A stretch of 64,000 nucleotides of DNA, from positions 4,179 to 68,178 of the forward strand of contig CAUJFU010000312.1 in NCBI GenBank assembly GCA_963169055.1, written 5' to 3'. The stretch is from Myxococcota bacterium (GTDB lineage: Bacteria; Myxococcota_C; UBA6777). Shown one piece after another: positions 1-10,668 of this stretch (positions within the stretch are counted from its first letter, which is position 1; the number at the start of each line of letters is the position of its first letter). Under the pieces are notes generated by a model. The model had not been told where the DNA came from and did not search any database. It worked only from the letters and a program-made list of their open reading frames with translations. The translations under genes and the position numbers were made by a program.

Positions 1-3000
1 GCACACCTTCGCGTTCTTCGATCGCACGCAGAGGCGGAGCCTCTAGCGGACGCAATAGCCGAAACACACGAATGCCCATCCCTTCGCGAAAAACATACTC
101 CACACGCGCCACCGAAGCGATCTCGTCCTCCCAAGGCTTGGAGGTGGAGGTCGCTACAGGCTCAAAGGTATGAGAAAGCGTTTGAAACGCCGAATCTTCG
201 GTATGTTCCGAAGCAGCGCGTGAAAAAGCAGCTGCATCCGAAGTGGCGCGTGAAAAAGCAGAGTCATTGAGCGCAGGCATATCGGCGGTCGGGCCATACG
301 GACTCGCAGAAAAAGCCGCCTCGTCCTCGGGCAAGATGATCGCACGCGGCCCATTTGGAAGTGTTGGCGTTGTCTTGGTATCGCTATCGATGGGAGTCTC
401 TTTCGACGCGGATACATCGACTTTATCATGCACCAACGCATCTTTGACGCTCTCTTTTGCCCCATCGATCGAGCCTTCGGACTCCGCAGGGATATCCCAG
501 ATCTGCAAGACTTGGCGCATCCAAGCATGGCGATCGCCCACTTTTCCTGAGACGATCAACAGATCCGCAGCCCGCGTGCATGCCACATAAAACAACCGCT
601 TGTTCTCGGCGTCTTCCATTCGACGCGAACACCACTCCCCCCACAAGTAACTCGGGGGGCGGATCCAATCCATCTGTGTATCGCGCAGTTTGCATACCAA
701 ACCAAACGCTGGATCGTGAAGCAGTTGTCGCCCCACATCATTGATCGCCAAACGCCGCCCTGTATCGGCCAAGATCACCACAGGAAACTCCGAGCCTTTT
801 GCCGCGTGGATCGACATCAGTTGGATCGCATCGCGTGCTTCGACCTCTCCGCTCGCTTCGCCCTCGCGTGCTTCGATCTCTTGAAGATCCCGCAAACGCC
901 GCAAAAAGGCCCCCAGATCCGCACCACCTTTCTCTCTGGCGATCCGCATCAGCTTCTGTAAGTTCCCAAACTGCCGACCATCCCCGCCCATCCGCCGATC
1001 GCGCATCGCCAACGTCGCCTCGTACCCTGTGCGATCCAACGCCTCGCGCAAGATCTCCCACACCTCCACCCGCCCCAACATCCCCCACAAGCCCTTCAAT
1101 GTCTCCGCTGCCATCGCCACTTCCGCAGCTTGATCCGTTGCAGGTGGTTCAAACAACGCATCATAAAAAGACCGACGCTGTCCCTTTTCGGTCGAACCCA
1201 CCGCAGGACGCAAACGCAAGCGGTACAGGGTCTCATCGCTCAAATTGAACAACGGTGAACGCAACACCGCCGCAAGGCCCAGATCGTCGTGAGGGTGATC
1301 CAAACACGACAACAACGCGATCATATCCTGTACTTCGGGCCGTTGATAATATCCCCGACCACTCACCGTCTGATATGCAAGCCCCGCTCGCTTCAGCTCT
1401 TCTTCGTACAACGAGATGTGCGTTGTCGCACGAAACAAGATCGCGATATCGCCGAGCCGAACCGCCCGCAGACCACGCTGATCTTTGTCCCACACTTGGA
1501 AACCCTCGGACAACAAACCCTGTATCCGTTTGACGATCCAACGCCCCTCCCAGATCCGCACTTCTTCCGACGACAACCGCTGCTCCTCTACTTTTTCTGG
1601 AACCACAAAGATCTCCAAAGGAGCCTTGGCTGCGGGATGTCCATCAGGAAGCTCACGCGCCGCTTGCAACGCACCCGGTCGCGCCTCAAAGTCCTCGTAT
1701 ACCTCGCCTGTCGGAGCAAAGATCTTCGCAAACATCGCATTCAGCGCCGAAACCAAACGACCGTGAGTCCGAAACGATTGACTCAACGACAAAGCCGAAG
1801 CCCCCGTCAACGAAGCGATATCAGACGCCGTCCGTTGAAAGACACTCACTTGGGCCTGACGAAAACGATAAATACTCTGCTTGGCATCCCCCACCACAAA
1901 CAACGGACTTTGCGGCGTCAACAACGCTGTGTGCGTCGCTTGAGAGGTATAAGGTGTCCGCAAAGCGGCCTCTTCCGCCACATCCCCTTTCAACCAATCC
2001 GCCAGGTCCGCCGTATCCGCTTTCAACCAATCCGCATCTTCGGCTTTCGATGAAACATCAGCACCCTGTTCTGGCGGTTCTTCGCTTGGTTGAGCCGATT
2101 GCGCCAAGGCGTACACGATCCGCTGCTGGCTTTGGTTGGTGTCTTGAAACTCATCGACCATCAGATGGCGGATCTCCGACAAGAAGAAATGCAAACGCGA
2201 GGGTCGCGGAACCTTACGCAACAGTTCTTCGGTCTCGATCTCCAGATCGTCAAAGTCCAACGCCCCTTTGCTGCGCTTCATCTGTTGGTAGGTCGCCTCC
2301 AACACATCCCACACACGCAACCATAAACGCAGCCTCGCCAACGCCGCTTGATCGACCTCGCCCACCCTATCTAAAAAGCCCCGTCCTGCGAGCCCTTTGG
2401 CCAGATCGCGCAACAATCCCAGATGCTCCTTGATCTTCGCCAACTGTTCTTTGGAAGCCCAGTTTTTTTGCACCCCTCCCCGCAGATCGCCGATCCCACC
2501 AAGCGTCTCGACCAGATCTTCCGCACTAGCCCCTGCATCCGCCTGTTTTGCCGCTTGGTAAGCCAAACGCACCCAAGGCGTCATCTTGTCGTCGTCCTTG
2601 AGACTCGCTTGATCGATCTCCAAGAAAAAGTCGAGCGCCTCTTGCAAGGTTGGGTTCGCCACCAACTCATCCCGCCAAAGCACCGCTTGCATCACACGCA
2701 CGCCCTCACGCCAACGCTCCAAGATCGCGGCATCATCAAGCCCGCGCATCTCTTCAAACAATCGGCGCACTGTCGCACGCTGACGCAGGATCTCCCCCAT
2801 CTCCCGCTGAAGATCGCTAATCCGCTGCTCCGAAAGCAACTCCCCAATCAAACGCTCCTCAAACGTCAAACGCCGCAGCGTCTCGCGTACAGCCTCCGCT
2901 TGAAGCAGTTGTGCTTCTTGCTCATCCAATACCCCAAAGGTCGGATCAAGCCCCGCAACTAACGCATTCTCCCGCAATATCTGCGAACAAAAACCGTGGA

Positions 3001-3292
3001 TCGTCCCCACCTGCAAACGATCCAACGCTTGGCGATGCCGATGCCAAGGCGAGTCCGCTTCCGCCGCAGACGCCAAAGCCTCCACCCGCCGACGAATCCG
3101 ACCGCGCATCTCCCGCGCTGCTTTTTCGGTAAAGGTGATCGCAACCACACTCTCCAACGCCCAACTCGGATGGGTCTGCAAAAGATGCACAAATCGCTCA
3201 ACCAACACCCATGTCTTGCCTGTCCCTGCGCCTGCCTCGACCAACAAGGGCCGCCCTTGCGTCTGGATCGCTTTCGCTTGTTGCGCTGTCAT
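1..3292 (-). CDS. addA: ATP-dependent helicase/nuclease subunit A (AddA/UvrD-family), 5' end only; the C-terminus lies beyond the window start
   Basis: Manual translation of the minus strand from the ATG at 3292 gives MTAQQAKAIQTQGRPLLVEAGAGTGKTW (Walker A), TIHGFC, MVDEFQDTNQ (motif II), VGDAKQSIYRFRQA (motif III), SFRT and IQLMSIHAAKGSEFPVVILA (motifs V/VI). The frame stays open to position 1, so it is absent from the ORF track. Start lies 4 bp after the addB stop. Confidence 0.8.
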   Translation of the reverse strand, partial: MTAQQAKAIQTQGRPLLVEAGAGTGKTWVLVERFVHLLQTHPSWALESVVAITFTEKAAREMRGRIRRRVEALASAAEADSPWHRHRQALDRLQVGTIHGFCSQILRENALVAGLDPTFGVLDEQEAQLLQAEAVRETLRRLTFEERLIGELLSEQRISDLQREMGEILRQRATVRRLFEEMRGLDDAAILERWREGVRVMQAVLWRDELVANPTLQEALDFFLEIDQASLKDDDKMTPWVRLAYQAAKQADAGASAEDLVETLGGIGDLRGGVQKNWASKEQLAKIKEHLGLLRDLAKGLAGRGFLDRVGEVDQAALARLRLWLRVWDVLEATYQQMKRSKGALDFDDLEIETEELLRKVPRPSRLHFFLSEIRHLMVDEFQDTNQSQQRIVYALAQSAQPSEEPPEQGADVSSKAEDADWLKADTADLADWLKGDVAEEAALRTPYTSQATHTALLTPQSPLFVVGDAKQSIYRFRQAQVSVFQRTASDIASLTGASALSLSQSFRTHGRLVSALNAMFAKIFAPTGEVYEDFEARPGALQAARELPDGHPAAKAPLEIFVVPEKVEEQRLSSEEVRIWEGRWIVKRIQGLLSEGFQVWDKDQRGLRAVRLGDIAILFRATTHISLYEEELKRAGLAYQTVSGRGYYQRPEVQDMIALLSCLDHPHDDLGLAAVLRSPLFNLSDETLYRLRLRPAVGSTEKGQRRSFYDALFEPPATDQAAEVAMAAETLKGLWGMLGRVEVWEILREALDRTGYEATLAMRDRRMGGDGRQFGNLQKLMRIAREKGGADLGAFLRRLRDLQEIEAREGEASGEVEARDAIQLMSIHAAKGSEFPVVILADTGRRLAINDVGRQLLHDPAFGLVCKLRDTQMDWIRPPSYLWGEWCSRRMEDAENKRLFYVACTRAADLLIVSGKVGDRHAWMRQVLQIWDIPAESEGSIDGAKESVKDALVHDKVDVSASKETPIDSDTKTTPTLPNGPRAIILPEDEAAFSASPYGPTADMPALNDSAFSRATSDAAAFSRAASEHTEDSAFQTLSHTFEPVATSTSKPWEDEIASVARVEYVFREGMGIRVFRLLRPLEAPPLRAIEEREGV

Positions 3293-3296
3293 CGTT

Positions 3297-6200
3297 TTAT
3301 TCGCCATCACTCACCTCAAACTCCGCTTCGGGCATCGCTATCGCAAAAAATCGCATCTTCTGTGCTTTCGCCACGCTTTGTCTGGTCACCCGACACAAGG
3401 ACGCCAACTCACAATGCGCAGAACAAGCCCCTTCTCCTTGGCTCGCAGCACTCGGGGCGCTTGGAAATAGACCGCTGCGGATCTTCTGCACAAAACTCGC
3501 CGCTCGCTCCCCTGCCACCGCCAACACCGCTTCCGTCTTCTTGCTTCGGCGTTTGTCGATCCGATCCAAATGACCGCTCTTTTTGCGCGTCGGCAAGTGC
3601 AAATAATAACTTCGCATCACTTCGGGCGCTTCCGCAAAATGCGACCGATATCCCTCCCACTCTCCCAACAACGCATTCACCACCAACGCATACAACGCCG
3701 CCTGAAGTGACCGCCCTTGCGCGATATCCGCCAACGAAAACATCGTGCTGCCGCTCTTATAATCCACAATCCGCAAATGCCCGTCAGGATGGCGATCCAC
3801 ACGATCGATGATCCCGTTCAGTTGAAAACGTACCCCCTCCCGACTTTCGTACGAAAAAGCCCCAAGCGCCGCACCCGTCATCCCAAACTTCAACTCTTGA
3901 AACAACGGCAAATACCCTTCTTTGGCGTTTTCTTGACATTCATGGCGCAGCAAACGCCCTAATATCCGACGGATCTCCGCTTGCTCATAACGCCACAAGA
4001 AACTCGGGCGAAAGTGCAATCCCACCTGCGCCAGCGAAAAAGCCTGATCACACAAACCCTCCAACTTTTCCAAGATCATCGGCTCTGTCTCAAGATTCGG
4101 TACGATGCTCTCCTCAGACATCCACTGAAAGATCTTTTCCAAGATCCAATGCAACAAGATCCCCCATTGTTTGACATCCATCCCCTCTTCTGGATCAGGA
4201 TAAGGCTCCAATCTCAACAGGTAATTTGCAAAAAAACCATACGGACATTTCCCGAAACGATTCAACCGTGAAACACTCCAGCGGTGCGACTCATTGTAAG
4301 CACGCGCCAGATCTTCCAAGATATCAGGAGCTTTTAAGATCCCTTCAAAGATCCCGGGAGGCTCCTCGCCTAGCCGCGCATCCATCACCGCATACGCCTG
4401 TTGCACAGCGTGCCATCGCGGAGCCAACGCAGCGGGAACTTCTTGGGCGTCCTGCATCGCCAGCGAAACCAACAACTCTCCGACGCTCGCAGCTTGCAGC
4501 GGCGACAACATCACTTGTTCTTGCGAACGATGACGCACCAGCCCCGCAGGGCAGCATCGCACAAGATCCTCCCAGTAAGGCGAAGGCTCCAACGGAACCC
4601 CCTTTTCATCCAAGCAAGGGCGCGACAACAACACGGCTTTGCGTGCCTGTTGAAGGCACTGCCACCACAACGACCCATCTTCCGAACGCAATCGCGGTTT
4701 TCGCAAGGGCAGCGGATGATTCACGCGCTCCTGCGGGGCATACAAGACATCGGGTTCCAAAGCACGCGGAAACTCGCCCTCGACCATCCCCAACACATAC
4801 ACGCGCTCCCACGACCGCTCTCGCAACCACTCCAACGGCCCCACGCACACCGTCCCCGCACGATAACCTTCGTCCAAACGACGTCCCCCTAACATCTCTT
4901 CCCAACGCTCTCGAAAGACTCCCCAAGCGATCACATCTTCGACTTCGATCTCGCTTGCATGAGCAGAGCGGTTCGTCAACAACGCATCCACCGCCTCCAT
5001 CTCGTACAACTGGCTGCGTGCCACCTGCAACAAGCGCATCTCTTCGCCGCTTCTGTGAACCCGCAACAAACGCATCCCTTCGCCGCTTCCTTGCTCGGCG
5101 CGAAGATGATCCCAAAGCCTCAAACTCCCCGACTGTTCGGTCTTTTCTTCGGTCTTCTCTGCCTCTCCCCCACGCATCCGCGTTGACGCAGCCGATATCC
5201 CGAAAAACACCCGCTCCACCCACAAGCGATAGGCTTGCCACGTCGCTTTTTCAGGCGGCGTCAACCACTCGAACAACGTCATCAGGCGCTCACGCAGGGT
5301 ATCCACTTCTTCCTTTGTCAACTTGTCCAACAACTTGCGATCTTTGAAGATCTCGTCCTCTTCCTCTTCCCCAAAAACACTCTGTTCTTTTTGTAGCGCA
5401 GCTTCCCATTGCGCACGCCCTCCGATCACAGGCCGCTCTCGTGTCAAACGATCCAAACACTCGACATCTTCAACCGACAGCGCACACGCCCCAAACAAGT
5501 ACGGAGAACGCAAGACCTGCATCGTCTCCAACCAAGGATAGACCCCCGCGATCCGCAAAAGCTTTTGCAAAAACAAGATCAACGGCTGCTCGCCAAGACG
5601 CAACGGAAGAGACAGCGGTACGCCGTATTCTGCTGCAATCGCCTCCGCGCTTTTGCGATACATCTCCGAAGAAGCCGAGACCACCACGATATCCGAAGCC
5701 TTCTCTCCCCCCAACAACCGCTGCTTGATATCCCGCATCACCCAGCGCATCTCCGACTCCCGCGAAGAAGCCTCCAACAACGCCACCTCCTGCCTCCCCT
5801 GCACAGGCATTTCTCTCCCCAACATCGGCCCACTCAAGATCATATCAGCGATCTTCCACCGATCTTCGGCGCTTTGTGACACAACCACCCCTGCTTTTTC
5901 AAGCTTTTGCGCCAAGGCCCCCGCCCCCACCAACGCCCCGTATCCTTCTCGAAAACCATCCAAAACCGCCGAATCTTCGACTCTGCGCTCATCCCACGGC
6001 AAAAACAAACGCACGCACGCACCACTCTCCACCAAAGCTGCAAGCCAGCCGCTTTCTAGCGGATTCCGCCCTTGTGTTTCAATCCGCCAGATCTGCCACC
6101 CCTCACAACCTCCTCCTTGGCGCAAAGCATCCCGCGCAGCCCCCCAAAGCTGCACTTCATCACGCACTCCCCGCGATCTTTGCATCTCTTCATAACGAAG

Positions 6201-6893
6201 ATACAGGTGCGCAAGATCCCGTTCCAGCGGCGTCCCTGCGCTTTCCGCATAATCGCAAAACTCCGCGCTGCGGATCTCTTGCGTACACATCTCTTCCAAC
6301 CACCGCCCCACCACTTGCAAAAATCCCCGACTCTTCGAGACTTCCCCCAAAAAAGGCAACAATCCTTCTATCCGAAGAGCGTCCGCCGCTTGGGACAACA
6401 GCGCGATCTGTGCTTCGCCCCCCATCCATCGAACCCCTCCACCATGCTTCTCCAAGATCGCCTCGGCCATCGTACGACTCGTCATCAAGCGCACGCCCAC
6501 CAAAGACCCCATCCGCTCGCGAAAAGCTTCTTCGGCCCTCTCTCCCGCCAGCCACACCACCAACGGCCCTTTCCCACCCCCCCGACGCCACGACATGATC
6601 TCCGCGATCACCTGCGCATACGCATCTTCCACGCTACGATACACCCACCATGCCGACGCCTGCTCCACCATCACGATCTCCCACGTCTCTGTCCGCTTGA
6701 CACGACTCGACTTCGATACGACCGCCCCAACGCTCTCTGCGCTGCCATGCGGTCCTTCTGACGATCTTTTTCGCGCCTCTCTTATACCCCAACCGCTCCG
6801 CATACCACAAGCACAGTCGGCTGGATGCCCCACACAACGCACCGACACTTGCCACACCATACCAAACGCGCTACCGTCCGAACTTCGCGACAC
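3297..6893 (-). CDS. addB: AddB-like helicase-nuclease subunit B (RecB-family PD-(D/E)XK nuclease with C-terminal Fe-S cysteine cluster)
   Basis: 1198-aa ORF. C-terminus has the RecB nuclease motif ...GHLRIVDYKSGS and the Cys cluster CSAHCELASLC. Degenerate N-terminal NTPase region (GGGKGPLVVWLAGE). Immediately upstream of and co-oriented with addA. True start uncertain (alternative Met at 6671 or 6596). Confidence 0.7.
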   Translation of the reverse strand: MSRSSDGSAFGMVWQVSVRCVGHPADCACGMRSGWGIREARKRSSEGPHGSAESVGAVVSKSSRVKRTETWEIVMVEQASAWWVYRSVEDAYAQVIAEIMSWRRGGGKGPLVVWLAGERAEEAFRERMGSLVGVRLMTSRTMAEAILEKHGGGVRWMGGEAQIALLSQAADALRIEGLLPFLGEVSKSRGFLQVVGRWLEEMCTQEIRSAEFCDYAESAGTPLERDLAHLYLRYEEMQRSRGVRDEVQLWGAARDALRQGGGCEGWQIWRIETQGRNPLESGWLAALVESGACVRLFLPWDERRVEDSAVLDGFREGYGALVGAGALAQKLEKAGVVVSQSAEDRWKIADMILSGPMLGREMPVQGRQEVALLEASSRESEMRWVMRDIKQRLLGGEKASDIVVVSASSEMYRKSAEAIAAEYGVPLSLPLRLGEQPLILFLQKLLRIAGVYPWLETMQVLRSPYLFGACALSVEDVECLDRLTRERPVIGGRAQWEAALQKEQSVFGEEEEDEIFKDRKLLDKLTKEEVDTLRERLMTLFEWLTPPEKATWQAYRLWVERVFFGISAASTRMRGGEAEKTEEKTEQSGSLRLWDHLRAEQGSGEGMRLLRVHRSGEEMRLLQVARSQLYEMEAVDALLTNRSAHASEIEVEDVIAWGVFRERWEEMLGGRRLDEGYRAGTVCVGPLEWLRERSWERVYVLGMVEGEFPRALEPDVLYAPQERVNHPLPLRKPRLRSEDGSLWWQCLQQARKAVLLSRPCLDEKGVPLEPSPYWEDLVRCCPAGLVRHRSQEQVMLSPLQAASVGELLVSLAMQDAQEVPAALAPRWHAVQQAYAVMDARLGEEPPGIFEGILKAPDILEDLARAYNESHRWSVSRLNRFGKCPYGFFANYLLRLEPYPDPEEGMDVKQWGILLHWILEKIFQWMSEESIVPNLETEPMILEKLEGLCDQAFSLAQVGLHFRPSFLWRYEQAEIRRILGRLLRHECQENAKEGYLPLFQELKFGMTGAALGAFSYESREGVRFQLNGIIDRVDRHPDGHLRIVDYKSGSTMFSLADIAQGRSLQAALYALVVNALLGEWEGYRSHFAEAPEVMRSYYLHLPTRKKSGHLDRIDKRRSKKTEAVLAVAGERAASFVQKIRSGLFPSAPSAASQGEGACSAHCELASLCRVTRQSVAKAQKMRFFAIAMPEAEFEVSDGE

Positions 6894-6949
6894 TTTCTCG
6901 ATAGAAGTGCCGCTGTTAGCCCTATCTACGGCATCTTTCGAGCCACCCG

Positions 6950-7702
6950 ATGTTATTGCTTTATCTTGACCAAAATTACGCCTCGCGCATCGCCAAACAC
7001 CTTCTCGGCCAAGTCGGACACCAACCCTTCGATCAGCTTTATGAACGCTTGTTGGCTCTCGACACGCTGATCTGCCCTGTCAGCCCTTTTCATATCCTTG
7101 AGTTGCGCGGTGGTTATCTTTGCCCTCCTTTCCAATCCTTTTTCCCAACACTACAGCGCGGGTATTGGGTTCGGCCTTGGCAGGAGATCTTGCAACGCCA
7201 GCGGATATCTCGCGTTGTCCAACGAGAAGACTTCCTGACCACCGAAGGTTCGTGGGATCAAGCCGCCGATCTCCAACCCCTCGCGTGGATCGAAGACTAC
7301 CCCCTCGAAGGCCACCTCAACAAACGCATCCGCCAAGCACGCACCGCCCTTTGCGAACGCCTCGATCTTCCTCCCGAAGATGGCACCCTACCTTTTCTCG
7401 ATATCCTTGCCCGAATCATGGCTTTCCGCTCGCTCAACCATGAACGCGATCCCCGTAGCTCCGACCTCGCCGATATGCTGATCGCCGCCACCACCACGCC
7501 TTACGTCGATATCCTCGCCACTGACCGCTTTGTGCGCGAAACCCTTGATCGCACAGGCTGCGGCCAACACGTCTACTCAGGCCGTTATCCCGATGTCTAC
7601 CGACTCTTGCGCGATCTCGACCGACGCTTTCCTTCGGCCTCCCCCCCCGCAGAGGCTACAAACCCCGCGCCACCCGATCAAACAAAAAACGCATCGTCTT
7701 GA
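6950..7702 (+). CDS. Hypothetical protein (250 aa)
   Basis: Uninterrupted ORF with C3-rich codon usage typical of plus-strand genes in this block (atc, gcc, cgc, ctc). Divergent from addB. No recognisable motifs. Confidence 0.5.
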   Translation: MLLLYLDQNYASRIAKHLLGQVGHQPFDQLYERLLALDTLICPVSPFHILELRGGYLCPPFQSFFPTLQRGYWVRPWQEILQRQRISRVVQREDFLTTEGSWDQAADLQPLAWIEDYPLEGHLNKRIRQARTALCERLDLPPEDGTLPFLDILARIMAFRSLNHERDPRSSDLADMLIAATTTPYVDILATDRFVRETLDRTGCGQHVYSGRYPDVYRLLRDLDRRFPSASPPAEATNPAPPDQTKNASS

Positions 7703-8825
7703 ATTCGGTATACACACCGTGCCCAAAGATCGTCTGCAAAGCATTGGGAAAAAACAAAGATGAACTGGCATCGCCATAATCCACCAAAAGATGCTGACCT
7801 CGCTCATGCAGTCGCGTCCGATGTCTTAACAGCTCGCGCAAACACACAGGATCGGCCCCCGCACCCAAAACCTCGGAAAGCTGGCGATTCAGCCGCACAG
7901 ACATCGGTGTATTGGCCAACAGATCCGCCCCCGCGATCCCCAACTGTTGGACATAATCCCCCTCCCGTGTATGCCAAAGCCCCGACCAATATCCTCCGAG
8001 CGCTCGGGCTTCCTTGGTTCGTGCATCCTCTGTCGGGCGATGGTTGATCAGATGCAACAGCCGATCATCCGTGCGCAACAACCAACGATAACGCACTGGT
8101 GTCCCCAACGTCACAAGATCCAACGACCCTGCACGCAGCACCTCCAAGGCTTTTTCCAAACGCGCCCGCTCCCGCACGGCCTCTTTCCCCCACCACTCCG
8201 ACAAGATATTCCAAAACAACACCGACTCTGGCGAAGCATTCCGTAGATGCGTCAACAACGCAAAAACCTGCCCTGCGTGGCTATGCCCAACCAACAACAA
8301 TCGCTCCCCCTTTTTCAACGGCGATCCCCTTTGATCCTCCGCCATCTGCAACAAAAAGCGCCACACCGCCAACAAACGCCCCAGATGATGATTCTCCGAA
8401 GACCACAAAAACCGCTTCGTCGGGAGCTTCCCACCAAACGCCTCTTCGAGCAGCCTCGCATAACCTTCTGTGAAATTTCCATGATCTTGTGCAACGCTGT
8501 CGTGCATCCGCTTAATCCTCCGCTGCATCCGATGCAACCACCACGACAACTTTGGAAAGACCGAATCCAACAACCGAACCACACCCAAACCATCCGCCCC
8601 CACAAACGTCCCATGCACAAGATAAATCCGTCGCACACCCCGTCTTTGCAAGCGCTCCCCCGTCTTCTTCATCGACGTCCGCCACGCCAACGTTTGCCCT
8701 CGATAATTCGGCCACAACGGAAGATAAGCAAAAGGCTCCTCGTACCGAACGGCCTGCCACGCACCACGCGCAACACCCGCTTCATACGACTGCAAGCCCG
8801 ACGCAGACTTCGGACACGCCGCCAT
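7656..8825 (-). CDS. Putative alpha/beta-hydrolase-fold protein (GHSHAG nucleophile-elbow motif)
   Basis: ORF 7656..8993. LLLVGHSHAGQV matches the GxSxG lipase/esterase motif. The first ~56 track residues are a Trp/Val-rich probable upstream read-through. Start placed at MAACPKS (8825); alternative MKKTG (8672). Confidence 0.5.
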   Translation of the reverse strand: MAACPKSASGLQSYEAGVARGAWQAVRYEEPFAYLPLWPNYRGQTLAWRTSMKKTGERLQRRGVRRIYLVHGTFVGADGLGVVRLLDSVFPKLSWWLHRMQRRIKRMHDSVAQDHGNFTEGYARLLEEAFGGKLPTKRFLWSSENHHLGRLLAVWRFLLQMAEDQRGSPLKKGERLLLVGHSHAGQVFALLTHLRNASPESVLFWNILSEWWGKEAVRERARLEKALEVLRAGSLDLVTLGTPVRYRWLLRTDDRLLHLINHRPTEDARTKEARALGGYWSGLWHTREGDYVQQLGIAGADLLANTPMSVRLNRQLSEVLGAGADPVCLRELLRHRTRLHERGQHLLVDYGDASSSLFFPNALQTIFGHGVYTEFKTMRFLFDRVARGL

Positions 8826-9321
8826 CCCAACACTTCCCCACCACCACACCACACACCACACCCCCACCGCCACCTCTCTCGATCCCACCGAAGCCGCGAT
8901 CCACTCACCAACACCTCGACACCACCCCACGACACCCACCTTTCCGCGCACGACGCGCCACTTCAAAGCTCCTACAACGAAGCACTCCACCATCCGCCTC
9001 TATAACACAAGAAGTCACGCGGTTGGATGGTTTTTGTAGGGCGCTTCCCCACAATCCGCCATAAAGCATCGCCCCTTACGCACCAACCCAAGCAAAACAA
9101 GTTGATCTGAATGCGAAAACAGGCTACACAACAAAGCGATCTGCGTACGGGTGCTCTCCTTGACCTCACCCCTGCCCCTCTCCACGCTTACGCTCACTCC
9201 GTTCGCAGCCTAGAGAGGGGAAAAGGCAAAGACTGAATGTCGGGGTTTTTCGGCTTTTTTCCCCCTCGCCATTCGTCTTGTTCTCTCCTGCACCCTTTCC
9301 CTTGTGAAGAGGCTGAAAAAG

Positions 9322-10242
9322 ATGAGCAACGAAAAGAATTCACCACCCTCCCTCCACACAACGCCACCTTCTCCCACCCCGACGGCACCTTCCACCACCA
9401 CCGCCCCACCATCTGAAAAAACCACCCAACGCCCGCTCAGCCAGAGAGAAGTCTTTGGCACCCTCAGCATGGACGCCTTGGTCTTGGATCGACCCTTCCC
9501 TTCCTCGCCTCGCCGCCCTTTGCCGCGCTATAGTTCGCCCTCTCTTGACGCCGCTCCTGCATCCACCACACCCTTTTCGCCTTCTCTTGAAAACGCAGAT
9601 TCGCCCATGGTATCGACTTCTCCGTCGCTCGAAAATGCAGACTCACCGACAGCATGGATATCTGCATCGCTCGACCACACAGGCTCACCGATGATATCGA
9701 CCTCTCCGTCGCTCGATGGAACTCCTGCGATCCATGCAGTACACTCACCGTCCCTTGACGATGCTCCTGCTTTGTACGCCTCTCCATCCCTCGACTCCGC
9801 CGATGCACTCGCTCTTTCTGCGCCCCCCTCTTCTTCCGCCAAGTCGCTCAGCCAACGCGAAGTCTTCGGAACCCTCAGCATGGACGCCATCCAACTCGAT
9901 CGCCCCTTCCCTCCGCCTTCTCCAAGGCGCTCCCCTCCCAAACGCCAAGCCCCCACCCCTCAACAACTCCACGATGCTCTGCTCTCGTCCCCAACCTCCG
10001 CCCCAAAAAACGATGCAGACGACACCGACGAACGCCCCTTTGCCTACAACACCACAACCTCTCAAACCTCCCTTCCTGCCGCAGATTCCAACACATCTGA
10101 CTCAGCCTCCGATACATCCGCCCTCGACGATCCTTCTACCTCCCTCCCTCCCCAAACTCGCTCATGGCCGATCCTTCTTGGGCTAGGCGCGATCTTGGTT
10201 TTTCTGCTCGCCTTCTTTTTGCTGCGCGGCAGGCTCTTTTAA
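9322..10242 (+). CDS. Pro/Ser/Thr-rich repetitive protein with C-terminal transmembrane anchor
   Basis: ATG at 9322 (MSNEKNS) after the purine-rich stretch gaagaggctgaaaaag (the track starts at GTG 9304). Internal direct repeats: LSQREVFGTLSMDA(L/I)xLDRPFP twice and SPSLENADSP twice. C-terminal hydrophobic helix WPILLGLGAILVFLLAFFLL. C3-rich coding. Confidence 0.55.
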   Translation: MSNEKNSPPSLHTTPPSPTPTAPSTTTAPPSEKTTQRPLSQREVFGTLSMDALVLDRPFPSSPRRPLPRYSSPSLDAAPASTTPFSPSLENADSPMVSTSPSLENADSPTAWISASLDHTGSPMISTSPSLDGTPAIHAVHSPSLDDAPALYASPSLDSADALALSAPPSSSAKSLSQREVFGTLSMDAIQLDRPFPPPSPRRSPPKRQAPTPQQLHDALLSSPTSAPKNDADDTDERPFAYNTTTSQTSLPAADSNTSDSASDTSALDDPSTSLPPQTRSWPILLGLGAILVFLLAFFLLRGRLF

Positions 10243-10549
10243 CCACGCCCTCCCCAAACCACACAACACCACCGCAAGGGACGCGCAGTCTGTTGGGCGC
10301 CCTTTCCCCCTCCCCTCGTTCGCCGAGAACAGCCTCTCTCTTTGTCACACAAGCATCTCAAGTTATGACAAAAATGTCACACTTATGTCGTGTTTCAGTT
10401 TCACAAAAAAATCTTTTACAAATCAATATCATACATGATAAGCGAACGCATTTTCGATGAAAACGTGTCGGTTGTGTGGTCGTTTGAGGGAAAAACATGC
10501 TATATCTTTAAATATTTGTTTTTATTATACTTATCAAAACATCGTCCAT

Positions 10550-10565
10550 GGAACGCCCCTTGCTG
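10550..10565 (+). promoter_or_regulatory. Candidate sigma-54 (-24/-12) promoter, TGGAACGCCCCTTGCT
   Basis: GG-N10-GC spacing exactly as in the TGGCAC-N5-TTGC consensus, with one mismatch in the -24 box. About 100 bp upstream of the 10669 start in an AT-rich intergenic region. Followed by a direct repeat, TGTTGCAAAAAAA twice, at 10566-10605. Confidence 0.25.
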
Positions 10566-10668
10566 TGTTGCAAAAAAAACTTTCTGTTGCAAAAAAAGTA
10601 CATTCGCTGTACAAGAGTGTGCAGAGACAGAAAGGTGCGCAGATCGCAGATCGATCAGGGAGTGTTCC

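Noticed and set aside
1289-5347. Long plus-strand ORFs (1289..2053, 2423..2962, 2996..3811, 4226..5347, 5876..6598 and others) across the addAB region
   Set aside because: They are antisense to the strongly supported AddA and AddB frames, which carry helicase and nuclease motifs. Their translations are low-complexity Pro/Arg/His-rich, as expected for open antisense frames in GC-rich DNA.
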